Virus record (IMG/VR): IMGVR_UViG_3300031993_000016
DNA: 64,000 nucleotides
Origin: a virus
Taxonomy: Duplodnaviria > Caudoviricetes
Direction: 5' to 3' (one strand)
Position 1 is the first letter of the stretch, and the number at the start of each line of letters is the position of its first letter. Below are positions 18,298-29,419 of the stretch, piece by piece. The position numbers and the translations under genes were made by a program. The notes beneath the pieces are model-generated. The model searched no databases. It was given only the letters and a program-made list of their open reading frames with translations, and was not told where the DNA came from.

Positions 18298-18600
18298 TGA
18301 CGAACCCATCAACTAAAGTTAATGGGATTTCGTGAGAAGTTTGTCAAAAGACCTTATTCTCACAGGCATCGCCAAGATGCCTTTATACAGTTACCAAAAT
18401 CGGTTTCTGCTTACATTTTCCTTATTTAGCAGGCATTTGTTCCCCAAATCATTACGCTCTGTTCTCGTCCTGTTGCCTCAAAATTTAATGTATAGAATCA
18501 AATCAATTGTGGTATTGCATCTGCTCTACGTTTTATGGGGTTTTACTCTGGACATTGGTCATTTAACTAACAAAGCAGTTAGCACCTCTTAGTTACGTCA
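18298..18600 (-). ncRNA. Orphan IS200/IS605 (TnpB-type) right-end / reRNA-like region
   Basis: Minus strand ends GAAATCCCATTAAC-TTTA-GTTGATGGGTTCGTCA; upstream hairpins GGCATC/GATGCC and GTGAGAA/TTCTCAC; no convincing ORF. Confidence 0.5.
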
Positions 18601-18736
18601 CAAACTATAACGAAATTACTATTTCAAAGCTTCGGAACATTTAGCTGTATACTCTCGAATGTATTCAAGAGCTTCACTGTAATTGCTAGATGTCAGATCA
18701 TTTACAGTAATTCTACGAACTTCTCATTAAATTGAT

Positions 18737-19114
18737 TTAGATCTTTGATGTATTTTTTATAATACACCGCTTGTCTTTGTTATATTTTCGATGAATCTTT
18801 CTATCCCTTCCGTCAGGTTTAGGTAAGTATCTTTCTAACAAAGTATCAAAATCTTGATTAGCTTCTTCTTCAATGAGCTTGTCTATATCTACATTACGAC
18901 GTGTGAGTTCTATTGCTTTAACTTTACCAGGAATTGCAAGTACTTCGCACGTGTCACCAATACTAACATATTTAGATACATCTTGAACAAATTCATCTGC
19001 GATGTTTGAGATATGAAGCAGATATGTAGATTCATCACTGAACTTAAGCACTGCCCCATATGGTTTGATTTCAATTACTTCCCCTAAATACCTTTCCCCA
19101 ATAGTAAAATGCAT
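18737..19114 (-). CDS. S1 RNA-binding domain protein (YugI/YabR-like)
   Basis: IGERYLGEVIEIKPYGAVL...LLHISNIADEFV.DV...VSIGD. Confidence 0.85.
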   Translation of the reverse strand: MHFTIGERYLGEVIEIKPYGAVLKFSDESTYLLHISNIADEFVQDVSKYVSIGDTCEVLAIPGKVKAIELTRRNVDIDKLIEEEANQDFDTLLERYLPKPDGRDRKIHRKYNKDKRCIIKNTSKI

Positions 19115-19337
19115 ATGATTCTCCTACAAATGTAATATTCGAGCTAGCTTGTATTCGTCACCGAACCATCCGTTATCATGTAAATCATGCTTAAATTTTT
19201 CATAATCGTGATAATTTGTATGACGTCCTAGTAGCTTCGTGTTTTTATAGAAGGTTCTTGCATCTTCTAAAATGTCTTCAGAACTCCTTCGTGTAGTATT
19301 TTGTAACATCAATTGCTGTGACACTGCTGGTTCCATG

Positions 19338-21248
19338 TTATTTAGTTACCTCCACTGTTATGTTATTTATCTTTACAGGCTTAACACCTGCAAATATCAT
19401 CTGGATATTATCAATTTTTGATAAAGATTCAAACAGCTTATCAAGATTAACATCATCTAAATGGTCTAATAAGTCATCTACCATGACTAATTTAAGTGGA
19501 GATGGTGATACTTCCGTAAGACTTAACATGAGAGCTAAAGTATACATGCACTTTTCACCGCTAGAAAGTAAATTAAATGGTATATACTTACCATCTCGTG
19601 TAACACCAAAACTGAAACTATTGGCCTTAGCCTCTAGATTGAATTTAGATACGATATCCGATCCAAATACTGCTTGTAAATACTTATCCATTTGTGCTTG
19701 CAGATCTATGAAAGGTTTAATTGCAGTATCATCATTCTGTAAGCCATTTACACCTATTAAATTGATCCAGGATTTATATAATAGGATGCGTTCTTCTATC
19801 TGATATTTATCTGCTGTGAGTTTATCTATGAGCTCGTTGTATCGCTTATTAGCTTCATACTTAACTTGAATTTCACGAAGTTCTGCAAGTCGGTCTGTAT
19901 AGTCTGCTTCTGCTACCTCTGGTACAACAACGATATCTGCATTCAGTCTAGCTTTTGTTGTGTACCTATACTGAATAGTTGATATAGTAGATGTATAATC
20001 AGCTTTAGCATCGCCAAGATCTTTGATTTTAGCATTAAGTCTGTGAATTTCTGCATCAGTTTCTTCCATCTGAGCTTTAGCATCAAAATAATTTTTTCTA
20101 ACACCATCTAATTGCTGTTCCAATGCAGTAATTTCTGTAGTATACTGCTTAATCAAAGGTTGTACAGACTCACATTTGAGTTTTGTAAATGGGCAGAAAC
20201 CGCCATTATCTACTATTTCTTTTTTGGTCTTAATGATAGCAGATATCTCCCCATCATCCTTACTTAATTTAGATAGCTCCGTACGAATTTCATTCATAGC
20301 TGATTGTAATTCAATGATATCTTGCTGATACTTGCATATTGTATCCGACGCTTCATTATAGTGTTTAGTAGCTTCTATGTATCTAGAATCTACTTCGTAA
20401 CTATCAGCGTTACAATCGTCATAGTCCCTTAACTGCATGTATATACGGTCATTCTTCTGTTTAGCTCTAGCGTAATCTGTGGCAGCTAACTGAGCAGCTT
20501 CACATGACTTGATTTCAGCTAAAACAGTATCGATTGAAAGTGACGTATCTATATCATCATGATAAATAAGTGACTGAATTGTAGATTGTGCTCGCTCTAA
20601 TTCTTGTTTGCTGTATGATAAACAATCTTTAAGATATGTGTTAACGTCTCGTATAAGATCTGAACCAGTAGATTTAAGATTATTTTGAATGTAGGTTACA
20701 ACTTCGTTTACAAGCTTATCTACATTAGACATATTTGTAACACCTACTTTAGACGCATCATCTGCAAGCACCTGTTTCCAATCAATGAGCATATCTGCAG
20801 ATGGCAAGAAATTAATGAACCAATCTTTCATCTTATTAGCTGTAAGGTCCATAAAATCATTAAAATTAAATATTGGCAATTCTAATGATGCAATTATTTC
20901 TGGCAGATTCTTTGCATAGATTTTAGGTTCAATGTCTACATCATACGAAATACTTGAGGCTACACTTGATGCTACACCTGACCAGACCCTGCTTATCGTA
21001 ACTGGGGTACCATTATCATCTAAATGAAGTGTAACCGCTAATGCATGTCCATTTGAGTGCTCAAATATTGCACTTTTAGAAGCTTTGCTTGTACCAGGTA
21101 TGTACCCAAGTAATGCAAGCTGTATAGCTTCCATAACAGTCGATTTGCCTGCACCGTTAGATCCATGCAAATAAGTTAAATTATTGAAGGTATAAGTTTT
21201 CAATACAACGTTGTGCATACCTTCAATCACTACCTTAGTTATACGCAT
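19338..21248 (-). CDS. SbcC/Rad50 (gp46-like) SMC-family ATPase
   Basis: Walker A GSNGAGKS; coiled coil with central CPFTKLKC; signature LSSGE; Walker B/D-loop VMVDDLLDHLD. Confidence 0.9.
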   Translation of the reverse strand: MRITKVVIEGMHNVVLKTYTFNNLTYLHGSNGAGKSTVMEAIQLALLGYIPGTSKASKSAIFEHSNGHALAVTLHLDDNGTPVTISRVWSGVASSVASSISYDVDIEPKIYAKNLPEIIASLELPIFNFNDFMDLTANKMKDWFINFLPSADMLIDWKQVLADDASKVGVTNMSNVDKLVNEVVTYIQNNLKSTGSDLIRDVNTYLKDCLSYSKQELERAQSTIQSLIYHDDIDTSLSIDTVLAEIKSCEAAQLAATDYARAKQKNDRIYMQLRDYDDCNADSYEVDSRYIEATKHYNEASDTICKYQQDIIELQSAMNEIRTELSKLSKDDGEISAIIKTKKEIVDNGGFCPFTKLKCESVQPLIKQYTTEITALEQQLDGVRKNYFDAKAQMEETDAEIHRLNAKIKDLGDAKADYTSTISTIQYRYTTKARLNADIVVVPEVAEADYTDRLAELREIQVKYEANKRYNELIDKLTADKYQIEERILLYKSWINLIGVNGLQNDDTAIKPFIDLQAQMDKYLQAVFGSDIVSKFNLEAKANSFSFGVTRDGKYIPFNLLSSGEKCMYTLALMLSLTEVSPSPLKLVMVDDLLDHLDDVNLDKLFESLSKIDNIQMIFAGVKPVKINNITVEVTK

Positions 21249-21534
21249 TATTTATTCTCCTTCCGCACTATTTGAATCATCAGATGCAGCCTGCAATGGC
21301 TGATCATCTAAAAATAACGATTGAAAATGTTCTTTAGTCATAACTAATAAATATGGATTGTATGAATCAGTTTCAATGCACTGAACAGCTACACCTGTAG
21401 GCAGCTTGTTGCAATTGAATATAGCAATCTTTGGTGTAATTCTATCGCCAATTTGAACATTGAAATTAATTGTTTGAATATGTGAGAAATCTGTAACCAT
21501 GTTTATATGTACCTCCTCAGTATCTGTAACGAAT

Positions 21535-21933
21535 TTAGATTAATCGTATCCATTTTCTACGCTTCTCATCTACGGATAGCTTATATTGATACACACCAGG
21601 TGTTAGTGTATCTGGTTTGAATACAGCATGGCCATATTCGTTCAGACCATTGAATACAGAGTTATGAAATCGGGTGATAAGTATATAATCCAGCACACCG
21701 ACTAAATCTGTTTTCTTTCTATGATGTATATCTGGATATATTTCATAATTAGGCAATATGAATACTCTGTCCGCAGATTTCATATCTAGTACATTAGAGT
21801 GATGAGCTTCTGCCTCAGATCTAGGCGCACGTCCTATGTATATAATATACTGTACTTTCTTACAATCTGTTCGACCTGACAAGCGTTCTGCAACTGCTTG
21901 AAGAAATTCTTCTGTGTGATCCTTTGCTTTCAT
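21535..21933 (-). CDS. Hypothetical protein
   Basis: ORF track; GGAGG RBS before MKAKDH. Confidence 0.65.
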   Translation of the reverse strand: MKAKDHTEEFLQAVAERLSGRTDCKKVQYIIYIGRAPRSEAEAHHSNVLDMKSADRVFILPNYEIYPDIHHRKKTDLVGVLDYILITRFHNSVFNGLNEYGHAVFKPDTLTPGVYQYKLSVDEKRRKWIRLI

Positions 21934-21943
21934 ATCGCACCTC

Positions 21944-23563
21944 CTATCCAGCAAAGTATATGAATAGATTAGTTTTTGCCCTTGTTACGGCTACATAAAA
22001 CAGATTTTGATTATCTTCTATATTTAATGGCCAGCTTCGGCTTTTAGGCCCTATAACATATACGTTATCATATTCTAGACCCTTTACCGAATGCACTGTG
22101 CCTACATATAGTCTGCAAGCGTCAGATGAGTATGATTCTAATTCATCGGCTAATTTATCTAATACATCGGATAATTTCTTAGCGTCTGAAACATCTATTT
22201 TCAAACTATTATCATACCCTAGTATTCTTAAGATATCACGTTGTTTGGCTGCAATTGATGTAGAAGCTCGACAAACCTTTCGCAAACGATATAGCTTATC
22301 TACATTTAATTTTATTTCTGAATTTGTACCAAATTCTTCTATGAATTCAGATAAACTATATGCAGCATTCTGCTGTTTACGGACCGCACTTCTACGGATA
22401 AACTCTGAATACAACTCAGCAGATAAGTATGTAGCTAACCATTCGGCTGCATAAGTGTCATCAAATACCGATTTGAGCAGGTTGTGTGCATTCGATGTAG
22501 TTCGTTTTGACATGAATGGTGTGTTTGTCTCACGTAATCGAGCTTGTATAGAAGCAACTTCTGCATTAGTACGAACTAACACAGCTGTTACACCTGTTAA
22601 TGTTGTTGAGTTATGACTTACAATCAGATCTACTAAAGATTCGGGGACAGTACCTCGATATTCAGGATAATAATGTTCTACAGTAACGGAAGCACCAGTG
22701 TCTTTAGTAGACTCAATCGCGATTCGATAACTTTCCTTGGCATAAGATTTGCTATATTTATTAGCGTAATCACATATAGATTTAGTTGATCTATAATTTT
22801 CATATAGTTTAATAGTTTCCCAATCTGCATCTTCAGCAAGTGCTTTGATCATTTCTGAAGATGTGCCGCGAAACGCATATAGATTCTGTAATGCATCACC
22901 AACAACAAATATATGTGAATCTTTAAAAGACAGCACAAACTCATGTTGACACTTATCGCTATCTTGATACTCGTCTGCAAATACATACACGAATTGTTTC
23001 TTATACTGTGCGATAAGCGGATCATCTGCAACAAACAAATTACACACCTCACTACATAATTTATCAAATGTAATGAGGTTTCGCTGTTTCATCAATCTAT
23101 CTGCAGCTTTAAGTATAAGCATAAGGTCATAAGCTTCTTGTTGCGTCAAAGTACTTTTTTCAAATATTTTCTTATCAGATAACTTGATCCCTGTTTGCAT
23201 CTTTGCTTCAGTGATTATGCGTTTTTCAGCAGCAGGTTCCGCAATAGACGGAATTGAGCTATAACCTAGCTTCATCCGGATTGTAGGATCTATTGTAAGT
23301 ATGTGATAACAGAAACTGTGAAATGTTCGGAATTCTGGAATCTTATCAGAACCTTTATGATCTTTGAGATATCGATCTTTCATTTCAAATGCAGCTGCAT
23401 TAGTAAAAGTTAAAGCTAATATATGTTCTGGTTTAACACCTTCAGACACTAATCTAGATATTCGTGCTAATAAAGTTGTGCTCTTACCTGTACCGGCACC
23501 TGCTAAGCATACAATACGCTTATTATTGGAATCTACAGCTTTCTGCTGTGCTTCATTTAACAT
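21944..23563 (-). CDS. UvrD/PcrA-like SF1 helicase
   Basis: LNEAQ; AGAGTGKS; LTFTNAAA; TFHSF; DEYQD; VGDALQNLYAFRG; ENYRS; TVHSVKGLEYD; YVAVTRAK. Confidence 0.95.
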   Translation of the reverse strand: MLNEAQQKAVDSNNKRIVCLAGAGTGKSTTLLARISRLVSEGVKPEHILALTFTNAAAFEMKDRYLKDHKGSDKIPEFRTFHSFCYHILTIDPTIRMKLGYSSIPSIAEPAAEKRIITEAKMQTGIKLSDKKIFEKSTLTQQEAYDLMLILKAADRLMKQRNLITFDKLCSEVCNLFVADDPLIAQYKKQFVYVFADEYQDSDKCQHEFVLSFKDSHIFVVGDALQNLYAFRGTSSEMIKALAEDADWETIKLYENYRSTKSICDYANKYSKSYAKESYRIAIESTKDTGASVTVEHYYPEYRGTVPESLVDLIVSHNSTTLTGVTAVLVRTNAEVASIQARLRETNTPFMSKRTTSNAHNLLKSVFDDTYAAEWLATYLSAELYSEFIRRSAVRKQQNAAYSLSEFIEEFGTNSEIKLNVDKLYRLRKVCRASTSIAAKQRDILRILGYDNSLKIDVSDAKKLSDVLDKLADELESYSSDACRLYVGTVHSVKGLEYDNVYVIGPKSRSWPLNIEDNQNLFYVAVTRAKTNLFIYFAG

Positions 23564-23569
23564 TTACGC

Positions 23570-23947
23570 CTACCCTTCTATATCATATCTAGAATACTGG
23601 TCATAAGTATCCTGAACATCTATGTAACAATCTATATAACTACCGGCCATTTTCTTTATCTTATAGCATCTACGAAACAGATACTTCCCTGAATGCGTAT
23701 GACGAATGATAGGTTTAAATGCTTTATAGATCATTGCACCAAAGCATACAAATAAAGGTACGAGCCGTCTATAGTATATTCTTGGATCATATAAATAGAC
23801 GATAAGCATAAATGATATGATTCCGATTGTAGCGAGCAATGACAACCAACCGGTAGGCATTAGTTCACCTAATATCATAAGTATAAATGATATGAACAAT
23901 ATGACTATTAGTAGTTTGAATAAGATTTTTCTTAAAGTTTCTATCAT
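23570..23947 (-). CDS. Membrane protein
   Basis: Two or three hydrophobic N-terminal segments. Confidence 0.65.
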   Translation of the reverse strand: MIETLRKILFKLLIVILFISFILMILGELMPTGWLSLLATIGIISFMLIVYLYDPRIYYRRLVPLFVCFGAMIYKAFKPIIRHTHSGKYLFRRCYKIKKMAGSYIDCYIDVQDTYDQYSRYDIEG

Positions 23948-24038
23948 ATCTATGCCCTCCTCAACAAAATAGTTAGTGAGGTTTTATCGCCTCACTAACT
24001 ATAACGATTTTCTCTTAAATTGGGTGCTGAAATGTCAA

Positions 24039-25280
24039 TTAAGCTTCTGCATAAGAGAATCCGGATATTGCAGAGTCCCGATAATCCAATTTAGCATTTG
24101 CACGATCCGGATTGTATTCAATATCATAATCCTCTGGACCTTTACCCCAAATATCATGTTCTTCAAGTAAGCCAGTTATATTGTATTTTAATGATACTTT
24201 ACCGTATACTTTATAATTACCTGGATCTCGTGGCATCAGCGGTTCAAGTAAATCTGCAGTATCATCTACGATTGACATACTATCTACAATAGTAACACCA
24301 GGATATTCGTGGGATTCAGCATCAACTTCATCACCCCAATCTGGATATCTACCATCCTCCCGGAATTGAATAGAACCATCCTCTGTTACAATTACAAGTA
24401 TCCCGTCTAGATCGAACTCTATCCAATCCGTAAATTTAGGGATTTGTATTGCTTCATCAAAATCTTGATAAGGATCGTTCACACTAGTTATGGTTGTAGT
24501 AGCATATAAACTTGAATCATAATGTTCAAGAAATTCTTCTTTAAGTTTATCTACTACCTGCTCGGTGTATTTGGAAATATCCGTAGGTTTTTGAATACGT
24601 CGCATATCAATTATAACACTACAATCTAAATCAAGATCATGATTGCTTATCTGTATGTAGAATTGTTTTGGTGTGTCAAAATATGCATCTATTAACTCCC
24701 ATTTCGGGCCGTTATAATCTACATAAGGGCTAGTTAGTAATGTATTGAAATTAGTTAAAATATCGTCACACCATTCTAGCATCTCGTCTTTTGTAAAGAA
24801 CTCGTCATCATATTCACTCAACCAATCATTTGCTTGAATCGCTGTAGAATCCATTATATCATCGCTATATGATGGAAGTTGCTTCTTCAAGAAATCAAGT
24901 TCGTTATCTGATGCTTTATCATAATCAGGTATACCCATATCATCTGCAATAGAATCGATATACATTTGATTGCTGTGCCCTATACTATTGTACCAGCTAT
25001 AGAACTCATCTATATTGATATTACCAAATAATGCTCTACCAAGTTCTCTACTAAGCTTATGCGCATTAGATTCATGTTCGGTAATAGGTTGATATCCTAA
25101 TGCTTGTTCGTATGTAATAGAAAATGGTGGATAGTTTTGTTCACGATCTTGTGCAACCCATACACCTTTATCATCTACAATCTTTCTATATATGTCATAT
25201 TCGTTATCTGGGCTGGTCATCAGTGTGTATTCATCTAAATCAATAGCAGATGCTGTGATTTTAGATCGATGTATTTTCAT
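24039..25280 (-). CDS. Large, highly acidic multidomain protein with MKIHRSKITAS leader
   Basis: 413-aa D/E-rich ORF with RBS. Confidence 0.75.
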   Translation of the reverse strand: MKIHRSKITASAIDLDEYTLMTSPDNEYDIYRKIVDDKGVWVAQDREQNYPPFSITYEQALGYQPITEHESNAHKLSRELGRALFGNINIDEFYSWYNSIGHSNQMYIDSIADDMGIPDYDKASDNELDFLKKQLPSYSDDIMDSTAIQANDWLSEYDDEFFTKDEMLEWCDDILTNFNTLLTSPYVDYNGPKWELIDAYFDTPKQFYIQISNHDLDLDCSVIIDMRRIQKPTDISKYTEQVVDKLKEEFLEHYDSSLYATTTITSVNDPYQDFDEAIQIPKFTDWIEFDLDGILVIVTEDGSIQFREDGRYPDWGDEVDAESHEYPGVTIVDSMSIVDDTADLLEPLMPRDPGNYKVYGKVSLKYNITGLLEEHDIWGKGPEDYDIEYNPDRANAKLDYRDSAISGFSYAEA

Positions 25281-25296
25281 CTATACATGTCCTCCT

Positions 25297-25662
25297 TTAA
25301 TTGTAACTCATTTGAGGTTTTACATCTTTATTAGCTTCTATCAGAGCTAAATATGCGATGTCAAGACACTCGTTGTAATATTCGATTACATCTTCATAGA
25401 TTTCATCATCAAAATCAGGTACAGGTAATGAAGATATTCTGCGGCCATCTTTATAGATGTTGAATGATGTTGGTGAAACTTTCTTAGCCCATGCATAGTC
25501 AGCTTCATCATACGGATGTACTTCCAAGATTTCAAACATAAATTGAGATGGATCTTCATAGATTGTAGTGCTAACACGAAACTTTGTACCAGATCTAGTA
25601 ATAGTAAAGCTTTGAGTATCTGGTGCAGAATCTCTATCAAATTTACTGTACCGTTTCATCAT
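25297..25662 (-). CDS. Hypothetical protein (MKRYS start)
   Basis: ORF track; RBS. Confidence 0.7.
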   Translation of the reverse strand: MMKRYSKFDRDSAPDTQSFTITRSGTKFRVSTTIYEDPSQFMFEILEVHPYDEADYAWAKKVSPTSFNIYKDGRRISSLPVPDFDDEIYEDVIEYYNECLDIAYLALIEANKDVKPQMSYN

Positions 25663-25902
25663 AATTCCTCCTGAGATATTTGTGACATAGTTTCAACAAT
25701 TTGTTTATCTACTTCTGCAAAGATGCGGTCTGCAGCATCAAACGCTTCAGCATCTATTAACTCTTTTAATTTATAATAGCAGTTATAGCAACAGAAATGA
25801 CGCGTCCGCTTCTTATATACAAGTTTGTAAATGTTCCCAGGGCGTCTATAGTGTGATTTACCACAAGCGTCACAAATATATTTGTTAGTTTCCACTAACG
25901 AT

Positions 25903-26259
25903 TTACTCAACCGGATGTACCACCCATCGTAGATATTGATCAGTTTCCTTTTCACACAGTGGACATACTCCCGAAATCTTTTCAACTATCTGATCAGATT
26001 CTACCATAGCTGAAATGAATATGCCATGACACTTTTCGCATTCTGCAATATAGTGATTATCAATATTGTTATCTGCTTCGATATCAACGTCATCTTCTTC
26101 GACTTCGTCTAATGTATCTTGCATGTCTTCAATACTATCTTGCATATCATCTAAAGTGTCATCAAATGTATCTGTGTCATCTACCATATCAAAATCGTCA
26201 AACCGCTCATCTTCGTCAGCAGCTACGATTCTAGCACCACGTCTAATATGTATTGACAT
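25903..26259 (-). CDS. Acidic protein with C-terminal Zn ribbon
   Basis: D/E tract, then CEKC...CPLC. Confidence 0.7.
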   Translation of the reverse strand: MSIHIRRGARIVAADEDERFDDFDMVDDTDTFDDTLDDMQDSIEDMQDTLDEVEEDDVDIEADNNIDNHYIAECEKCHGIFISAMVESDQIVEKISGVCPLCEKETDQYLRWVVHPVE

Positions 26260-26548
26260 ATTAATGTACCTCCTGTATTAATATACAGTATACAAGGTTA
26301 CTTTTTAGTGATTTTGACGATTCGCATATTATCTAACTCCCGCACTTCGCCTACCAAGCTACCCGTACAATTTAATTTACATTGATCATATTCTGAGATT
26401 ACTTCTACAGAACCATCTACAGACGTGATTTCGGTTCTATCAAATACATGATTATTCCAATCATATCCAGCACCTGGTGGCAAGATACGACTGTCATACA
26501 TAAGTGTAGTATGTGTATCGTTCAATATTAACATATGCAAGAACCTCC

Positions 26549-27460
26549 TTAGTATCGTGTTATAGATAACTGATCGGCAAACTGGATAAGATGCACTAGC
26601 GGATATGTTTCGTTAGCTTGTTGTAATTCATTTATCTCTGCTTCACAGCAATTCCAGTGTGCCATATGCCAGCGTATTGCTGCAGCTACGTCAATAGAGA
26701 TGTTGAAAAACTTCATAACAAGATACATAGATGATACACCATGACCTAAACATATTGTACGATCGTCTACTCGCTTGTATGCATCTTCTTGATGCCATTG
26801 ACCTGTAGTATCATCTTTCACGTTTTTCTTATAAGAAGTATATAATCCAATCTTGCACCAATCGTGGACGAGGGCTACAAAAATTGCATCCTCTAAGCTT
26901 GCATCTCGAAACGTAGGAGCATCATGCAATTCTACTGCTTTATCAGCTACACGTAATGAATGGTTTAGTAATCCGCTAGGTTTTGCGTCATGATATTGAG
27001 TAGATGCTGGACAGGTATAAAAATCTGTACTACGGAGCCAAGTTAAACACTTGCTTAGCTTCTTCCAGCAATCATCAGGATTCCTACCACATTTGAATTC
27101 TTTCAAGAAGACAGACCCAATGAGCTTGATATCATATTCATCTACCATAGACACAGAATTATCTATAACTGTAAATATACTACTTTCAGGACGTTTGACA
27201 TACAAATCCCAATCAGCTAATATATCATTAACCACATCCGCCCCAATGCGACCTATTGTATCCGATGTAATTACCAACTTATTTCCGTCAGATGATAAAT
27301 TTATCACATCTACCAACCCAATTGCTGCATCTCGATATGAAGTATCTTCTAGCATGTGCTTGTCAATAACATAAACAAGCTGATATGTTGCAGGTACAAA
27401 CCAATAAGACTTAATATCGGTGTATTTTGGCATAGCATCAAATGACTCTTGTGTAAACAT
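26549..27460 (-). CDS. HD-domain phosphohydrolase
   Basis: PASTQYH...GLLNHS...LVHDWCKIG...GHG...IRWHM...AD. Confidence 0.85.
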   Translation of the reverse strand: MFTQESFDAMPKYTDIKSYWFVPATYQLVYVIDKHMLEDTSYRDAAIGLVDVINLSSDGNKLVITSDTIGRIGADVVNDILADWDLYVKRPESSIFTVIDNSVSMVDEYDIKLIGSVFLKEFKCGRNPDDCWKKLSKCLTWLRSTDFYTCPASTQYHDAKPSGLLNHSLRVADKAVELHDAPTFRDASLEDAIFVALVHDWCKIGLYTSYKKNVKDDTTGQWHQEDAYKRVDDRTICLGHGVSSMYLVMKFFNISIDVAAAIRWHMAHWNCCEAEINELQQANETYPLVHLIQFADQLSITRY

Positions 27461-27867
27461 ATTCCCTCCTTTATGCATCTGTAATTGATGTGAATTGATC
27501 TAGATAGTAACGTTTGTTGTCCAATATGATAAATAATTTATTGTTTCGAACATTACAACCTGTTCTAACTTTACGATACTTTTTAGTTGTTCCATATGTC
27601 TCTGTAACATATGCAGTACTGTCATCGTTGTAACTGTAAATAGTTATGACATAGTCACCAAATTCATTGAACTCGCTTATAGGTCTATGTGTTTCGCAGT
27701 AATTCTTTACATCAGCTTGTACAGACATATATGTTACCTCCTATATCGGTTATAACGATTTTAGTTGTATACATGGAAATAGACGAATCGAGGGTGTATC
27801 TCAATTCGTCTATCTCGAGGAGTGTTTGGTTATGAGTATCAAAGAGATCAAGCAAGGGATTGGATAC

Positions 27868-28248
27868 TTAATTCTCTGTTGAACCTTCATCTACGGCTTC
27901 TGCAGCGTCATCTACAGATATATCATCTACACCAGGAATTGCTTCCGGCTCAATTACATGACCTGTATCAGCATCTGAAGCTTTATTTTTTGTAAGCTGC
28001 TTATAAATTTGATGTGCACCTGTAGCAGCAAGACCAGATACTGCACCTACAGCTGCTGCATTAAGTATGTCATTAGCTGGAAAATCAGGTATCTTAATAA
28101 GAAATGCAACAATTCCGAGGATAGTACCAAATACCATGCAAATTGTAGGTATCCATTTGTCATTAAGTTTATCAGCTGTTTTCCAAGCATATCCAACTAT
28201 AAAAGCAAGTACAGATATAGCAGCATAGCTTGCGATTCCAAAATCCAT
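27868..28248 (-). CDS. Phage holin
   Basis: Three TM segments; NDKWIPTI...G.VSGLAATGAHQIYKQ, a Bacillota phage holin signature. Confidence 0.85.
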   Translation of the reverse strand: MDFGIASYAAISVLAFIVGYAWKTADKLNDKWIPTICMVFGTILGIVAFLIKIPDFPANDILNAAAVGAVSGLAATGAHQIYKQLTKNKASDADTGHVIEPEAIPGVDDISVDDAAEAVDEGSTEN

Positions 28249-28261
28249 ACAACGTCACCTC

Positions 28262-28588
28262 CTATTTTAAATTTTCACCATTGGCAAATCGATTCCATTC
28301 ATCGGTAGTTAACTCTGTCAATGTATACTGATTGTTCCAATCACCTACCCATTCAAGAGCAAGTTCGGCAGCATCTTCCATGCCCCAATCATCTTCTTGA
28401 TTGTTGTCTATAATATACTGATAGAGGGCATCACGAAGTACATTCAAATCCTTCTTTGTATTTCTACAATCTTTAAGTCTATCAAGCACATCTTCTGGAA
28501 TATAATTGTCCCATGAGATTCTCTGCAAACTAAATTCAGTGTTTGTAGCTGTAATTTCAGTAGTTGCGGATTTAATATAACGTTTCAT
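28262..28588 (-). CDS. Acidic protein with MKRYIKSA leader
   Basis: ORF track. Confidence 0.75.
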   Translation of the reverse strand: MKRYIKSATTEITATNTEFSLQRISWDNYIPEDVLDRLKDCRNTKKDLNVLRDALYQYIIDNNQEDDWGMEDAAELALEWVGDWNNQYTLTELTTDEWNRFANGENLK

Positions 28589-28939
28589 CTAGAAGTCCCC
28601 CTCATCATACTCTGAATTCAAATCTTGTTCGAATGGTCTACGAGACATTTCATTGACCCAAGCACCAAGCTTAACCCATCTTTCTAATATGTAGTAAATA
28701 GTTTTACCGATCAGCTCACTACTATCGAGGGTAGGAAACTCAATAACTGGTAGGAATGATGTATAATTAGTTTCACCATCGCTGTAAAGCTCAACTTCAA
28801 ATGTAATTGTTGGTGGATAATCACCATATTCGGAAATATCTGTAATTACGCCTAATGTCCCATGATTGTTATACACCTCTATCCCATATTCATAAGAGAT
28901 GTCGTTAATAGATTCTACGTATTCATCAAAACTACTCAT
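28589..28939 (-). CDS. Acidic hypothetical protein
   Basis: ORF track; coupled to recU. Confidence 0.7.
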   Translation of the reverse strand: MSSFDEYVESINDISYEYGIEVYNNHGTLGVITDISEYGDYPPTITFEVELYSDGETNYTSFLPVIEFPTLDSSELIGKTIYYILERWVKLGAWVNEMSRRPFEQDLNSEYDEGDF

Positions 28940-29417
28940 CTAATAGATCCTCCACTTCTCCAGCATAGTCCAAATATTTTTTGCGACTATTAGGTACAGT
29001 CTTCAATTCTTTATATGGTATCGGCCATCTATCAAGCTTCTTTATGTTTAACGATTTTTGGCCATTATTTTCTAACTCAACTATATCTCGTATATCTAAT
29101 TTGAAAGCTCTTTTATATGATGCAAAGAGTATAATTATCCACCCATAACTGCCAGCAATTTTAGATTTCTTTAGTAATCCCTCTTTCTGATGTGGTTGTA
29201 TCATGCTGAAAGGGAAGTTATTTGACCAGGTTGCTTTTGATTCTATGTAGTAGATATTAGGATATTTATAGCAGACAAAATCACATATATTTCGGCTAGT
29301 TAGATAGTAACCAGATAATTGGTCATAGAACCTATCAAAAGAATATCCATCATCAGGTCTATCCAACCATTCCCATATTTTCTTTTCTGCGTCTTTACCT
29401 AATCTATCGTCACCCAT
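28932..29417 (-). CDS. recU: RecU-like Holliday junction resolvase
   Basis: CDFV.Y...YIESKAT...FPFSMIQPHQ...L motif; RBS favours MGDDRLGK start. Confidence 0.8.
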   Translation of the reverse strand: MGDDRLGKDAEKKIWEWLDRPDDGYSFDRFYDQLSGYYLTSRNICDFVCYKYPNIYYIESKATWSNNFPFSMIQPHQKEGLLKKSKIAGSYGWIIILFASYKRAFKLDIRDIVELENNGQKSLNIKKLDRWPIPYKELKTVPNSRKKYLDYAGEVEDLLDE

Positions 29418-29419
29418 GT

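Noticed and set aside
18332-18592. 86-aa plus-strand ORF
   Set aside because: No RBS, atypical composition, antisense to the structured IS-end region
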